Notes under the pieces: generated by a model
Databases searched by the model: none
Told to the model about the DNA's origin: nothing
What the model saw: the letters and a program-made list of their open reading frames with translations, nothing else
Origin: Bugula neritina
Taxonomy: Eukaryota > Animalia > Bryozoa
NCBI GenBank assembly: GCA_964035545.1
Contig: OZ037766.1
Coordinates: forward strand, 17,199,081 to 17,263,080
Direction: 5' to 3'
Length of the DNA stretch: 64,000 nt
Program-made: the position numbers and the translations under genes
In this document: positions 27,701 to 38,238 of the stretch, piece after piece
Position numbering within the stretch: position 1 is the first letter of the stretch
Layout: every line of letters starts with the position of its first letter

Positions 27701-30700
27701 TCACGGTACGAGCGAAACATGGCAACCAGGTGCATAGTCTATGTTTGCGGGTAGCGTGTGGTCATTCCAGGTTTTTAGGTAGAGATTGGTTGAGTGTGAT
27801 CCGATTAAAGTGGGGTGAAATTAGAGCCCAGCTACAGGGTGATAAAATGGTACCTGGTACTAATTTTTACAGGGTTCAGGCCATTTAATGATTAAAGCAA
27901 AAGCACACTGAGTGTATTGGTATGCCACCCAGATGTATTGGCAGGCAGCCAATCATTAAAGCTTTCAAGCTTCAAAGCTTTCACCAAAGCTACTATTAGC
28001 TGGCAGAGCTAGTGCATTCACTGTACTGCATGAGTCAGTGTATCATGATCAAACCGCCATATTTACACTCTTTGTAAGAATAAACTATCGGTTTCGGTAT
28101 TGTGATGGCTAAGAATTTTATCTACGCATCAATATTGTAAGTTTATTAGAATTACAATAGTTCATGTCAATTTGTTTGGTTCTGTAATGTTCATGGTGTT
28201 CCTCTGAATTTTGATTTATATTGTGACTACTTACTTATACAATTTCTAATGTTTCCCATTTTTCTAGGGTACGATTTGACAGTTAATAAACTCGAAAACC
28301 TGTTGCCAAGTTGGCTAGTAGTTAAAGCATATCTTGCAACCAGACACAAACACAAACCGATACACTGAGGTGTCCAAGAAGGAGCTAGGTACCCTGAAAG
28401 GCATACGTGCAGAGCTCAGTCTAAAAGAAGGAAAAAACAATTCTGATTGCTTTTTCAGGGTAACTGTGGACACGTGGAGAATGTAGAGGTTTCAGAGATA
28501 GGATGTGTTTAGTGTGACTGAAGAAATGCTGCCAGTCACAGCGGATGTAATTGCAAAGTATACATTGAGTGACTCTACATTTTGTGGTGTGATGAAATAT
28601 TTTAGACTTAGATGACCGTAACACTTGAAAGAAGATGAGAAATTTCTGAGGTCTTAAGTTGCGTTTATACCTTCACGATTTTCGGTCAAAATTTCAATTT
28701 GGCCGGTTGAAATTTCTCCGAGTCGCATTGCATTGTAAAAGCCACTCGTTGAAATTTTTGTACTGTGATAACTTAATCGGCCAAATTGACCAATGATGTT
28801 GCTTGCATGATTACTTGCGGCGTATTCCATTTCGCAGATGTTTACATTAGTAACGGACACACCCCTTTTCTTTTTTCTACCACGGCAACTAGCAGCACGA
28901 TTTTACACTCCAACTACTATATTTTTTTAACTAAATTTTTATTCACATATATTTATAATAATAGATAAAATGGCAACACAAAAAATTCATGAAAACGATG
29001 TATTAAATTTTATTGCTGAAATTGAAAGTCGTCCAAACATATGGAACTACAAGATCAAAGGTTTCTACAAAACCAAGAACAAGGAATTGGCTGAGGTAGC
29101 CAAAGATTTTAACGTTTCTAGTAAGTAATTTTCATAGGTTTTAGTTTTAGTACTTGTTACTTTGCCAATGTTGATGTGATTAATTTAATAAACTGATGGA
29201 TCATTTTAAAATAATAAAGTTACCACAATTGATTTTTTGCAGTCAAAACAGCGACAAAAAAGTGGCAAAATCTGCGAGATTATTTCAAAGAAATTTTAAA
29301 AAGACAAAAAAATAGTACACCCTCATTTGGTGCAAGTGCACAAGAAGTTCTTGAACCAACGTGGGTATATTGGAAAAACATGAAATTCTTGTTATCTGTT
29401 GAGACCCAAATATGCGAAGAAAGCTACTTATCTCTCGATGAAACTGTGAGTTTCCAAGTTCTCTTCTATGTTACTCTATTTTTATTCATAGTAAGCATGC
29501 TACGTTTCAGTTGCATGCTATCAATATTTTTAGATAGCTTTACTGAGTACAAGCTCAATCAATAGCGATGAACAAGAACGACCAAGAAAAAGAAAAAATG
29601 ATGACTCAATGACTAGGGCATTGAATACGGCCTCCATTATGCTTGATGTGATTGCTGGAAAATTAAGCGATAACAATGCACCTGTGTCTAAGTACCCACA
29701 TTTGGACTATTTTTTTAAAGGAATTGGGGAGCAAATTAAATTATTACCAGCAAGCTGCCATGGAGTAGCCATACTGAGGCTACAGGAGTGTGTTAATGAC
29801 TTGGTAACTGAGCACACTGAACAGGACAGTAGTTATCCTACTTACTTTGAGCTTTGAAAAGTTATGTTGTGCTATTGCTATGTTTCATTGTTGATTTTTT
29901 TAAGGCTATTGTTATATTTGTTTTGTTACATTGTTCGAATTGAAAAAATTGAATAACAAAAAATAACTAAAAAGACACAGTTATAATGTATGCTATTTTG
30001 TATCAATTCATCTGTAAGACATACACAAAGAACAAAACTCACAAACTTAAGAGAAATAACCTAAACATACATTAAAATGGTAATAAACTACAAAACTAGT
30101 AATATAAAATTGGATTTCTCACAACATAATCTTTGAATCTATCACGTATTTTGATAGCTGTATTTGTACCACGGACTTGCGGCTCACTGAGCCTACCAAA
30201 ACTTGTCTGCTTTAAGGAAATCTGTGGCTCCAATGCTGCTCCAGTTGGAGGCTGTCTGTTTTGCCTTATGACGTTGTGCAAAATACAACAGGCGAGAGTT
30301 AGCACTTTCACCTTGTGTGGTTCTAGATCTATAGGCCTGAAAAATATCCTCCAAGTATTTGCAAGAATTCCAAATGCATTTTCTATAAGCCTTCTTGCTC
30401 TAGAAAGTCTTGAATTATGTACCTGCGAATAAAAAATAACAAATAAAAAATAAGCAATATTTTTAAATGACAAAATATTAAAGATATTCTATGTTGATCA
30501 CCTCTTCATCAGGAGGCAGCACCCTGGAGTTTGGTTTGGAGAAAGGCCTCATCAAAAATGGTCTCAGAGGAACTGCTTCATCGCCAACTATGACAAAGGG
30601 TAAGAGCTCTGTGCCTTGCTCTGGAACTTCTGGCAGTGGAAAATTAATGGTTCCATTTTCAATGTGTTGCAATAGCTTTGAAGACCGAAAAACTCCCCAT

Positions 30701-33700
30701 CAGAATGACGCCCTTCTGCTCCACATTCCACATATGTGAACCTGTAACAACAAGAAGTTTAAATTACATTCCTTCTTAAACTAGAGAAAAGCTATTAATA
30801 TGTATTTAAATGTACATGTATACTTGTAGTTATGATCGCACATAGCAAGCAGGATAATTGACTCAAATCCTTTGTAATTGTGGTACTGAGATCCAGCGTG
30901 GTATGGCTTGTTCATAGTGATATGTTTGCCATCCAGTTCTCCTAATAATAATAATAATATAAAAATGATTTAAATAAATGAGTCACTTTAATAAAATAAT
31001 TTTTAAATTAAAAACTATTGAATATTGTTTTTACATAAACAGTTAGGGTAGTTCCATTTCTTGAAACCTTCTGCCACTTCCTTCCATTCTGTTACAGTAG
31101 TTGGTGTTTTTAGCCATTGCCCTTGTAAGCTACTGACAATTGAAATGCACACGTCCATTACAATATTAGATATCGTTGCTAATCCAATATTCCATTGATA
31201 ATGAAGAGACGTCATACTTTGACCAGTAGCTAAATATCTTATGAAAACCTAAAAGAGATAAATTTATGTAAAATCTAAAAAAGTGAATTATCAGAATAAA
31301 TACTTTTGTAAAATCTTAACACAATACAAATTGATGACCATTAATCTTTCTTCGGCAGATATTGGACTGATGTAGATCCAGCTTTTTCTATCTTTGAGCT
31401 AATAGAATGCAACACATATTGAACTCATCTCTGGACATCCGGAAAAAATATTTGAATGTGCCCAACCGATTCTCTGCCAAAAGATTACGGCCAAGTGATT
31501 CTAAAAAACAACACAATAATGAGAGTAACAAAATTGTAACATTCACAATTATAAATAGCACAGTAAAAGTAACAATAATAGTAATAATACTTTTAATACT
31601 AATAGTAATACTATTAGTAATACTAATAGTAATACGATTACTAATAGTAAGACTAATAGCAATTAAGTAATTATCATAGTCATACTAATACTATTAGTAA
31701 TACTAATAGCCAAACTCAAAGTGATAAAAGTAAAGAATGCATTTACATAAATACTACTAATATAATAGCGATAAACGCATTGAATGCACTTTACCACGTT
31801 AAATTAAATTTCAAATTAATTTCAGTGAATTCTTTTACAGCAATACTAAAATTATAACTATGTTGAATTCCAACCTTCGCTCATATTTACTAGGAGTCTG
31901 TTGACGGTGGTGTAATATGCTCATTCTAATTTTCTGTTTCTTGTTACAGCTCCTGATCCATTTCTTCCACTTCGTTTATCCATAGTTTTACATTTTAAAA
32001 TTGTCAGTATCAAACTACATAACGTTAGTGCAGAAGCACACAAAAACTCTTCTTCTGAATTCATTGTGATTGTCAAAACGGAATAAAGGTTACAGCTTAA
32101 CTATAGAAAGCAACTTGTTTATATTATCTGGACGACAGTAGTAACAATTTTGACAAGCTAAGCAAATAATTGCATTTCTTGACTTTCTGTACATCTAGCG
32201 AATTGCACTTTTACTTTTGTACTACTTTTCCTGTAATTTCAACGATTTTAAAGGGGTACCTTAACTTAAACTCGGTACTTTTTTCAGCAGAGGTATAGAC
32301 GCAACTTTAGTATGCTAGAAGAGATGAGATTAGGGCTGAAAGAGATTGCATCCTGATGGGTTGACACCTCGTTATACCTTATCGTTATACCTCAGCGCAA
32401 ACACAAGCAAATTTTAGTGGAGATTCACCCAGCATATCAAAAGATTGTCAAGACAAAGGCTATTGCAAGAAGCTACGTATGGTTTCCAGGACTAGATAAA
32501 GACATTGAGAAAGTTTGTAGAGCATGTGAATGATGTCAGAGTGACAAATCCAATTCACCAGTAGTAGAATCGAACCCCTGGATCTTTGCTTTAAAGCTTT
32601 GGGATGGAATGCATGTAGATTACGCTGGGCCATTTGAGTGACATATAATTTTTATTGTGGTAGATGCATATGCTAAATGACCAGAAATTCTTCAATATCG
32701 ACAACAATGGTGACATGCCAAGCATTGAGGGAGCTGTTTGCTAGACATGGGTTGCTTAATGTTTTGGTGTCAGACAGCGAACCATGCATCCCATCAGCAG
32801 ACATAGTTCGAATATACTAGTGGAGTCTGCTTTAGGAATTAGTCGCCATCTATGGTCAGCAATATATATTAAATTCTTTTTTACCTTTATGTAAAAATAG
32901 ATATCTGGTGGTCAACACTCGGGCAAAATTATAGAAACATACTCTCTCGTATAACCCTAGACATCGGCCAATGACAGCATCTATAGGTCAATTTAAACAG
33001 ACCTCTTGCTTTTTGTATGTTTACCCCTAATAACCAGCGGACTTAAACTATTATATAACACATTTATTGCAATGGATTGGCAATAATTTTCTGTCACTCT
33101 ATTATGTTTTTATTTTAACTTGTAGGGTGTGGCTATTGCAACTACTATGTTTAGTGTCTAAATTCTAATACAAGCAACGTTCATGCTGAAAATAATATCA
33201 TTGTTTGTAGCTATATAGCTGTATAGTTATATAAATATATTCAACTTTATAGAAAAGCAGCAGTTGGATCTAATTCAATGACAAAATAACTAGAAAAATA
33301 CAGAAATGTATTATTATGCAGCATATTTATCTGCATCTCATAAAAAGAGGCCACAGGTATGTGTAAATAATTGTTTTGCATGCTTTTGCTGCTAGTTTGA
33401 ATCCTGTTCCTTTTGTATTAACTTTTACAGCGCATTTTCTGTATTATTGTATTTTGCATTGTTTTCTGTTGCTGTATTATTAGTTAATGTGTTTCATTAC
33501 AGTTCTCAGGGGTTTAAAAGGTTTACAATTACAAGGAATAAATCATGTGGAAACACTAAAAGTGAAAATCCTATCAAAACCTGTCTATGACTGTGAGAGG
33601 TAGATACACGCATAAACTTACATTCAATTCAATAGAAGTTAAATATGTTTGATTATAGAGAGTGTTTAAAGGATTGCTCTATCTTGTCTAATAAATGGCC

Positions 33701-36700
33701 ATTTAGGTCAAACACACATAATATTGTGTTTTTCTAAGCATGCATTGACAAAAAGCATTTGACCAAAGGTAGAAAAAGTTAGTTGAAGTTGAGGGTGTAG
33801 ATTGGTAACAGCCAAAACGCCGATTTTGAAATGAGCTGGGAAATGTGACGTAACAGCGCCAGCATTCCTGCTGGTCACATGACTATACAAATGAATAACT
33901 ATAAAAATATGACTGTGAGATGTGATCTTTCAGCTCGTAATTTGTGTATTTATAGAAGTGCAAATGTGAATTATCTCAATCTATAGTTTTTTGACATGTT
34001 AAATAACATGTATGTGATAACATTAGGCCATATTTTGCTTGTAAACATAGAAAAAAGCATTGCAAAAACATGCATTCTTTAGGATGAATGCCTGCGATCG
34101 ATCTAAACTAGGTCAAATTGTGCAATATTACGGGCGCACCAAAGCTGACCTATATAGCGCACTGTAACTGCTTGAGCGTTATTGGTTGATGTTGCGCTCA
34201 GCAACCTTGAATACTAGCGTTATAGTTAGCACGTGCAGCATAGTTACTGGCGTTCACACGTCACGTATTAGGCTATTCTTTTTCATGGCTGAAAATTTTA
34301 CCTCCCTCAAAATTGGAATTTTGAAAAGCTGTTTTCTAGGCATATATCCCTTTGCAAAGTCACAATTGTTTGCATACACATTAGATTATAGTTCATAATT
34401 ATAATGTGATTGTAATAAACTAAGATAGAGCAATCCTTTAAAGGAATACATGTTAGTTATCTGATTTGTTATACTATTTTGTATTTACTCAAAAATTTTA
34501 CATACTAGATTCATGTTCTTGATTATTCATGTCCTATTATTCACTGAATGCAAATTTCGTCACAATTATGATTTATATTACAAAACATTTATCTACAACT
34601 GTACAGGTAAATTAGGTATTTTATGCTTCACAGTGTTTGCCTGGATAACCGCTCTAAGTAACATCCGTAAAGTCAATCTTCGCACAACAATCTCACATCA
34701 AACTGAGTTTTAGACTTTTTTCATCAAAACCTTACAGTCTTACCTGATATATCTATGAAGGTACATCACAGGAACAGAAATGAAGAACTTCCGAAAAGTT
34801 GTCTTCCCTTTCTCAAGTTGCACCAATAGCAGGTATGAGGTGAGAACAGCACTGAGTACAAAGAAACTATCAACTGAAAGTTGACCGTTCAGCACAAATT
34901 GGCAGGCCCAATATTTAGACCAGGATAGTATTGTCAATGGATTGGCTGTAATAAAGAAATATACCATTATGGAGTTTTACACAAGTGTAACAATGCTGTT
35001 ATAGTTACAATCTAGCTTTATTATTACAGCGGCCATCAAGATACAACTTTAAATACTCAAGAATAAACATGTTCAACTCCCCACTAACACTAATGCCTAA
35101 ACTCGGAAGCTAAAAGGTCTAAATAGGTCAGTCTACAGAATGAACAGTTATTGCCCAACAGCACGTCAAACAAATTTTATAAGCAAAAATTTTGATCAAT
35201 TTATAAAAAATGAAAATGATGAGGGTGCAATTTTAGTCAAGGGGAGGGAGGTAATGTTAATCAGGTAAAGAAAGTTGGTGGTAAAAATATTACCAGTTTT
35301 TCTTATAGAGTAGGACACAGTATGGCAGAGTATAACCCAAGTCATACTGAGAAACCTGATGCCATGGATACATTTGAGAGATCCTGGTGGTTGTTTGGTA
35401 CTCAGTAGCTTGTAACCGTTTGTATACAAAGAGAAACACATCAGAAACTCTCCTAAAGCACCTAGAAAAGAAGCACTCTAAAATAACAGCAGAATACATA
35501 TTACATTATATTTCCTGCTATATGTAAAGAGGTAGCACATTCTAAGATTAATTCTGATCTTATCAGATTGTTGTTATACATTGTTTTGGCTCTAGTATTG
35601 AAATTATGGCAAAATGATGAGAATTTTGAACACATTTTCATTTTACAGTAAATGCTATGAGAAAATTAGAAGAAATGTCATAATTTACATTAAATGGCCA
35701 ATAGTGCTCATTGACATATAACAGAGTAACTCAACTTTGGATATTAAATAAAACTGAGTGGTGAAAACTTGTGATGAGTGGTCAAGTTAATTCACCAAAG
35801 AATAATTTTGTAGAACCCTAGTTGCCATTTGCCTTATTCCAAGAATGTTTTTAGAAAACACTTAAGTCAAGCATCTATCATTTTGTGAATTGCCTCAATC
35901 TTCAAATTTAAATGACTGTAAATATCTTACTCTTCTCTTGTAAAGGATTGGTTGACGCAGAAACATTTTCATCTTCTGGCTTGTGTTTTTCCAGGTAGAA
36001 ATGATTATGGCAACTTGAAATAAAGCACATAAGTCCTATAGAGCCAAATATAACTCTACAATAAAACAACATATTGGGTCAGCTAATATTTATATAAAGC
36101 TTCATTTAAAGCTCACATTTATATAACATAAGAGACATTCATACTAGCAAATATACAGTGACAAAACAATGTCAGATAATGCACAACTTTGTATATGTAA
36201 AAATCTAGCAAAATGTATTCAGTAGTATATATAAAACTAAAACAACCATGACACTCGTTTTATAAAATTTCAGGTTCTTACAAGGTGATTAGTGCTCCCG
36301 TTGAAAGTATTCTATGATTTTGCTGACATTTAACTTCCACTGTAACTTTTTCACCCAGCACTTGTCTCAGCAGGTGTTTGACTACCTCCTTGATATCATC
36401 TGCTGCACATCCAGAAGGAATACAGGCACCAATAGTAGGCTCTACTGCTGCAACCATAACAGAAGTCTGTGGAGTATGCAGTCCAAGTGAATAGGAAAGT
36501 AGCATTATCTAACAAAATAATATATATACTTACACTGTGACATATAAATACAGTTACACAATTAAATAGAATGGAGTTCAGAGAGCTAAGTGGGGTGTAG
36601 TGTTGAGTTAACTCAGCAGCCCCTGTGGTGTAATTGGTTAGCACGTTTGCTTGCAAGTCGGAGGTCTATGGTTCGAATCCCGGTGGGGGCAATTATTTTA

Positions 36701-38238
36701 CACATGTCAGTATAGCATAATTATATCAAATTGATTGATATATGACTTCATAAGCATTTTTTACACTATTTATTAAATCAAAGGGACAACAAAATATAAG
36801 TGCATTGGTGAATAAAATAGCCGATAGGTTATAGTTGGTTAAGTGATAAAAACTTACTATACAAGTTTGACTTTAGCTATGCAAGAAGTCAAGGTCAACA
36901 AGAGTACTATGAAAAAACATTTTTTATTAAAAACAACTTTACACTAAGGAACTAAATCATTTACAGTAATTTGGCTCCTTCCAGTATGGGTTAGCTCATT
37001 TAATAAGTAACAAATTGTGGTAATTTGAACCATTTGTTTTCCACCACTTATGCCAATTTTTAATAAGTAGTTAGTAACTTACAGCCAACTTCAAACAATT
37101 GGCAGTGTGAAGGGGAAATCAAAACCATAGCCAAGACAAGTTAGTGGCAACTATGATTAGTCAAGCCATAGCTTAAACAAAGTAATTTTAAGTCAAGTTA
37201 AAGCAAAGTGAATAAATGGCTTGATCAAACTCAAGTCAATTGAAAATGACTTGCGATTACTTGATCAATACATATGATTTTTAACAAAAACAATACATAT
37301 GATTGATAGAAATAGAGCTGATATGTATTTGCCTGTATTTAGCAGCACATCTCACATTGCAAATCTCTAACAAGTTAAATACAGCAAATAGTTTTAAATT
37401 TTGAACTGACCCAAGTGTTTTACTTGAATACTGCAGTATTGACCCTCAAAGCTCTCTGGCATTAAAGAGAAACTACTTTCTGATGTGCAACTAGAATTAT
37501 AGTATGACTTTATGTTCTGGCATTCATCAAAGTCTCCTAGCCATGCCAAGTTGCCAGTCAAAATTCCTGACCCAGGCTTACCCCATGCATCTATCACTAG
37601 AAGATAGAGGAAACTATATAAAAGACATGAGTGCCAAAACATGGTTTGTAACATGAATACAATTATTGTGTTGAATTCAAAATATCTCAGTAACTATAAA
37701 CAACATTGAAACAGCATCAATGGACACCAGAATGCATTTTATGTACTAGCAATTTAATAAGTAATAAAAGCAAGTGTAAATATAACAACCTTTTATTTAA
37801 CCAGTATACAAATGTAAAAAGATGGTTTTGATCTAGAACCTAGACTTATAGGTAATTTGAAGAGTTCAACAATTGATGAGAAGTTGATGAGTCAATTTTG
37901 TAAATATGCTGTCACTTACTTTTTACTGCCCAGCGATATTCGACAGAGTCACTAGTGAGACTTTCCAGAAGATAAGCTGTCTGTTTGTAGCATAATTCCG
38001 TAGAGTCAGCAGCTGCAATCATCTCAAACACATGTTTCGCTGATAAAGTGTAGCCAGTAAAATTTACTTTTCTGAAATAGTAGCTGTCTGCAAGCTGAGC
38101 AGCACCATATGCCACCTTCTCTAAATCCCGCACTACTTGGTAAGGGTGGTTGTAAGCTAGTGAAGATTCATAAGTTTCTGCAGAGACTGAGGACCAAAGA
38201 GTTAGTGTTAAGATGAAAGCCCGGGTGTTAGGTGACAT
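7221..38238 (-). CDS. NRF-6-like / O-acyltransferase-like protein, copy A (13 coding exons, ~703 aa, 24-kb intron 6)
   Basis: Exons 37920-38238, 37411-37596, 36282-36444, 35931-36055, 35294-35461, 34744-34945, 10500-10668, 10134-10213, 9527-9634, 8985-9117, 8561-8750, 8186-8328, 7221-7346; total 2112 nt, in frame. Signal peptide; NRF motif [26 protein letters not shown]; Acyl_transf_3 motifs [63 protein letters not shown]. The exon 2/3 junction is the least certain. Confidence 0.88.
9672..9767. repeat. (AT)n microsatellites interrupted by a short conserved motif
   Basis: Two (AT)n runs flanking tctcaatctgtggacagat (9696-9714). Confidence 0.9.
11300..14060 (+). mobile_element. Degenerate BEL/Pao LTR retrotransposon (gag, RT, Pao RNase H)
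   Basis: gag [12 protein letters not shown] and knuckle [14 protein letters not shown] (~11774); [38 protein letters not shown]; RNase [30 protein letters not shown]; [25 protein letters not shown]; GILRVGGR. Multiple stops, frameshifts and deletions. Confidence 0.9.
14225..16205 (+). mobile_element. Academ-like DNA transposon 3' remnant (XPG-like and Cys-rich C-terminus) with a duplicated 3' terminal region
   Basis: 14835-15484 encodes LPGF...[59 protein letters not shown] (frameshifted). Diverged direct repeats ~14225-14720 and ~15620-16205 end gaggttacttttag / gaggttacttcta; a CTA end fits Academ TAG..CTA termini. Confidence 0.65.
16330..17490 (+). mobile_element. Degenerate Ty3/Gypsy retrotransposon fragment (gag N-terminus joined by deletion to RT)
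   Basis: gag [21 protein letters not shown]; [58 protein letters not shown] (decayed YxDD)..[13 protein letters not shown]. Confidence 0.88.
19400..20720 (+). mobile_element. Highly degenerate L1/Tx1-like LINE remnant (ORF1 zinc knuckles, possible endonuclease fragment)
   Basis: Three knuckle-like motifs at ~19780-19935 ([15 protein letters not shown]; [12 protein letters not shown]; [14 protein letters not shown]) and ILAGNL (decayed AGDFN-like) at ~20315. Confidence 0.5.
21010..21140 (+). mobile_element. BEL/Pao post-integrase C-terminal fragment (DUF5641-like)
   Basis: [18 protein letters not shown] and [18 protein letters not shown] match the KW..LKVGD.V / FPG.DG.VR.V signature. Confidence 0.7.
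22450..23010 (+). mobile_element. ISL2EU-type (Harbinger-related, DDE_Tnp_4) transposase pseudogene fragment
   Basis: [63 protein letters not shown], with stops. Confidence 0.75.
23905..23920 (+). promoter_or_regulatory. Primer-binding site of the Gypsy element (probably tRNA-Ser)
   Basis: TGGCGACAAGGATTGG begins 2 nt after the LTR's terminal CA and resembles TGGCGACGAGGATGG, the complement of the 3' end of tRNA-Ser(GCU). Confidence 0.7.
24765..27310 (+). mobile_element. R2-clade non-LTR retrotransposon (zinc fingers, Myb, RT), frameshifted, 3' end missing, not in rDNA
   Basis: 24941-25525: [37 protein letters not shown](A), then R2-type Myb [39 protein letters not shown] 25690-26830: [56 protein letters not shown]. 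Thumb [24 protein letters not shown]. Outer boundaries approximate. Confidence 0.88.
28970..29857 (+). CDS. Harbinger DNA-binding protein (MADF/Myb-SANT-like with BESS-like C-terminus), 3 exons, intact frame (~225 aa)
   Basis: Exons 28970-29120, 29243-29445, 29534-29857 with GT-AG sites: [74 protein letters not shown]. Confidence 0.82.
30096..32064 (-). pseudogene. Harbinger (HARBI1-like, DDE_Tnp_4) transposase, intron-containing and disrupted
   Basis: Exon blocks give [120 protein letters not shown]. Several frameshifts and a TGA formed at a splice junction. Confidence 0.88.
33670..34437. mobile_element. Kolobok-type non-autonomous element (768 bp)
   Basis: Perfect 16-bp TIRs AGGATTGCTCTATCTT / AAGATAGAGCAATCCT with TTAA on both sides (33666-33669, 34438-34441). 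RR..YY termini with a TTAA TSD fit Kolobok rather than piggyBac. Confidence 0.8.
36619..36691 (+). pseudogene. tRNA-like sequence (tRNA pseudogene or tRNA-derived SINE head), antisense in intron 2 of copy A
   Basis: GCCCCTG..TGGGGGC acceptor stem, A-box TGGTGTAATTGG, D-stem GTGT/GCAC, B-box GGTTCGAATCC, T-run downstream. Anticodon and T stems pair poorly; anticodon ambiguous (GCA or TGC). Confidence 0.7.

Larger units (their letters stand above)
28657..32306. mobile_element. PIF/Harbinger DNA transposon (3650 bp) with both TIRs and a TTA TSD
   Basis: TIRs AGTTGCGTTTATACCT (28657-28672) and AGGTATAGACGCAACT (32291-32306), 15/16 match; TTA on both sides (28654-28656, 32307-32309); two convergent genes (MADF, DDE). 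Removing it rejoins the Gypsy pol frame (KFLRS*YARRDEI). Confidence 0.93.
23725..32800 (+). mobile_element. Fragmented Ty3/Gypsy (Mag-like) retrotransposon hosting nested R2-clade and Harbinger insertions
   Basis: 5' LTR tgtgatg..cacaaca 23725-23902; gag ~23950-24620 (..[41 protein letters not shown]); protease MEVDTGS and [13 protein letters not shown] 27540-27830; integrase [53 protein letters not shown] 32310-32790. Confidence 0.85.
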
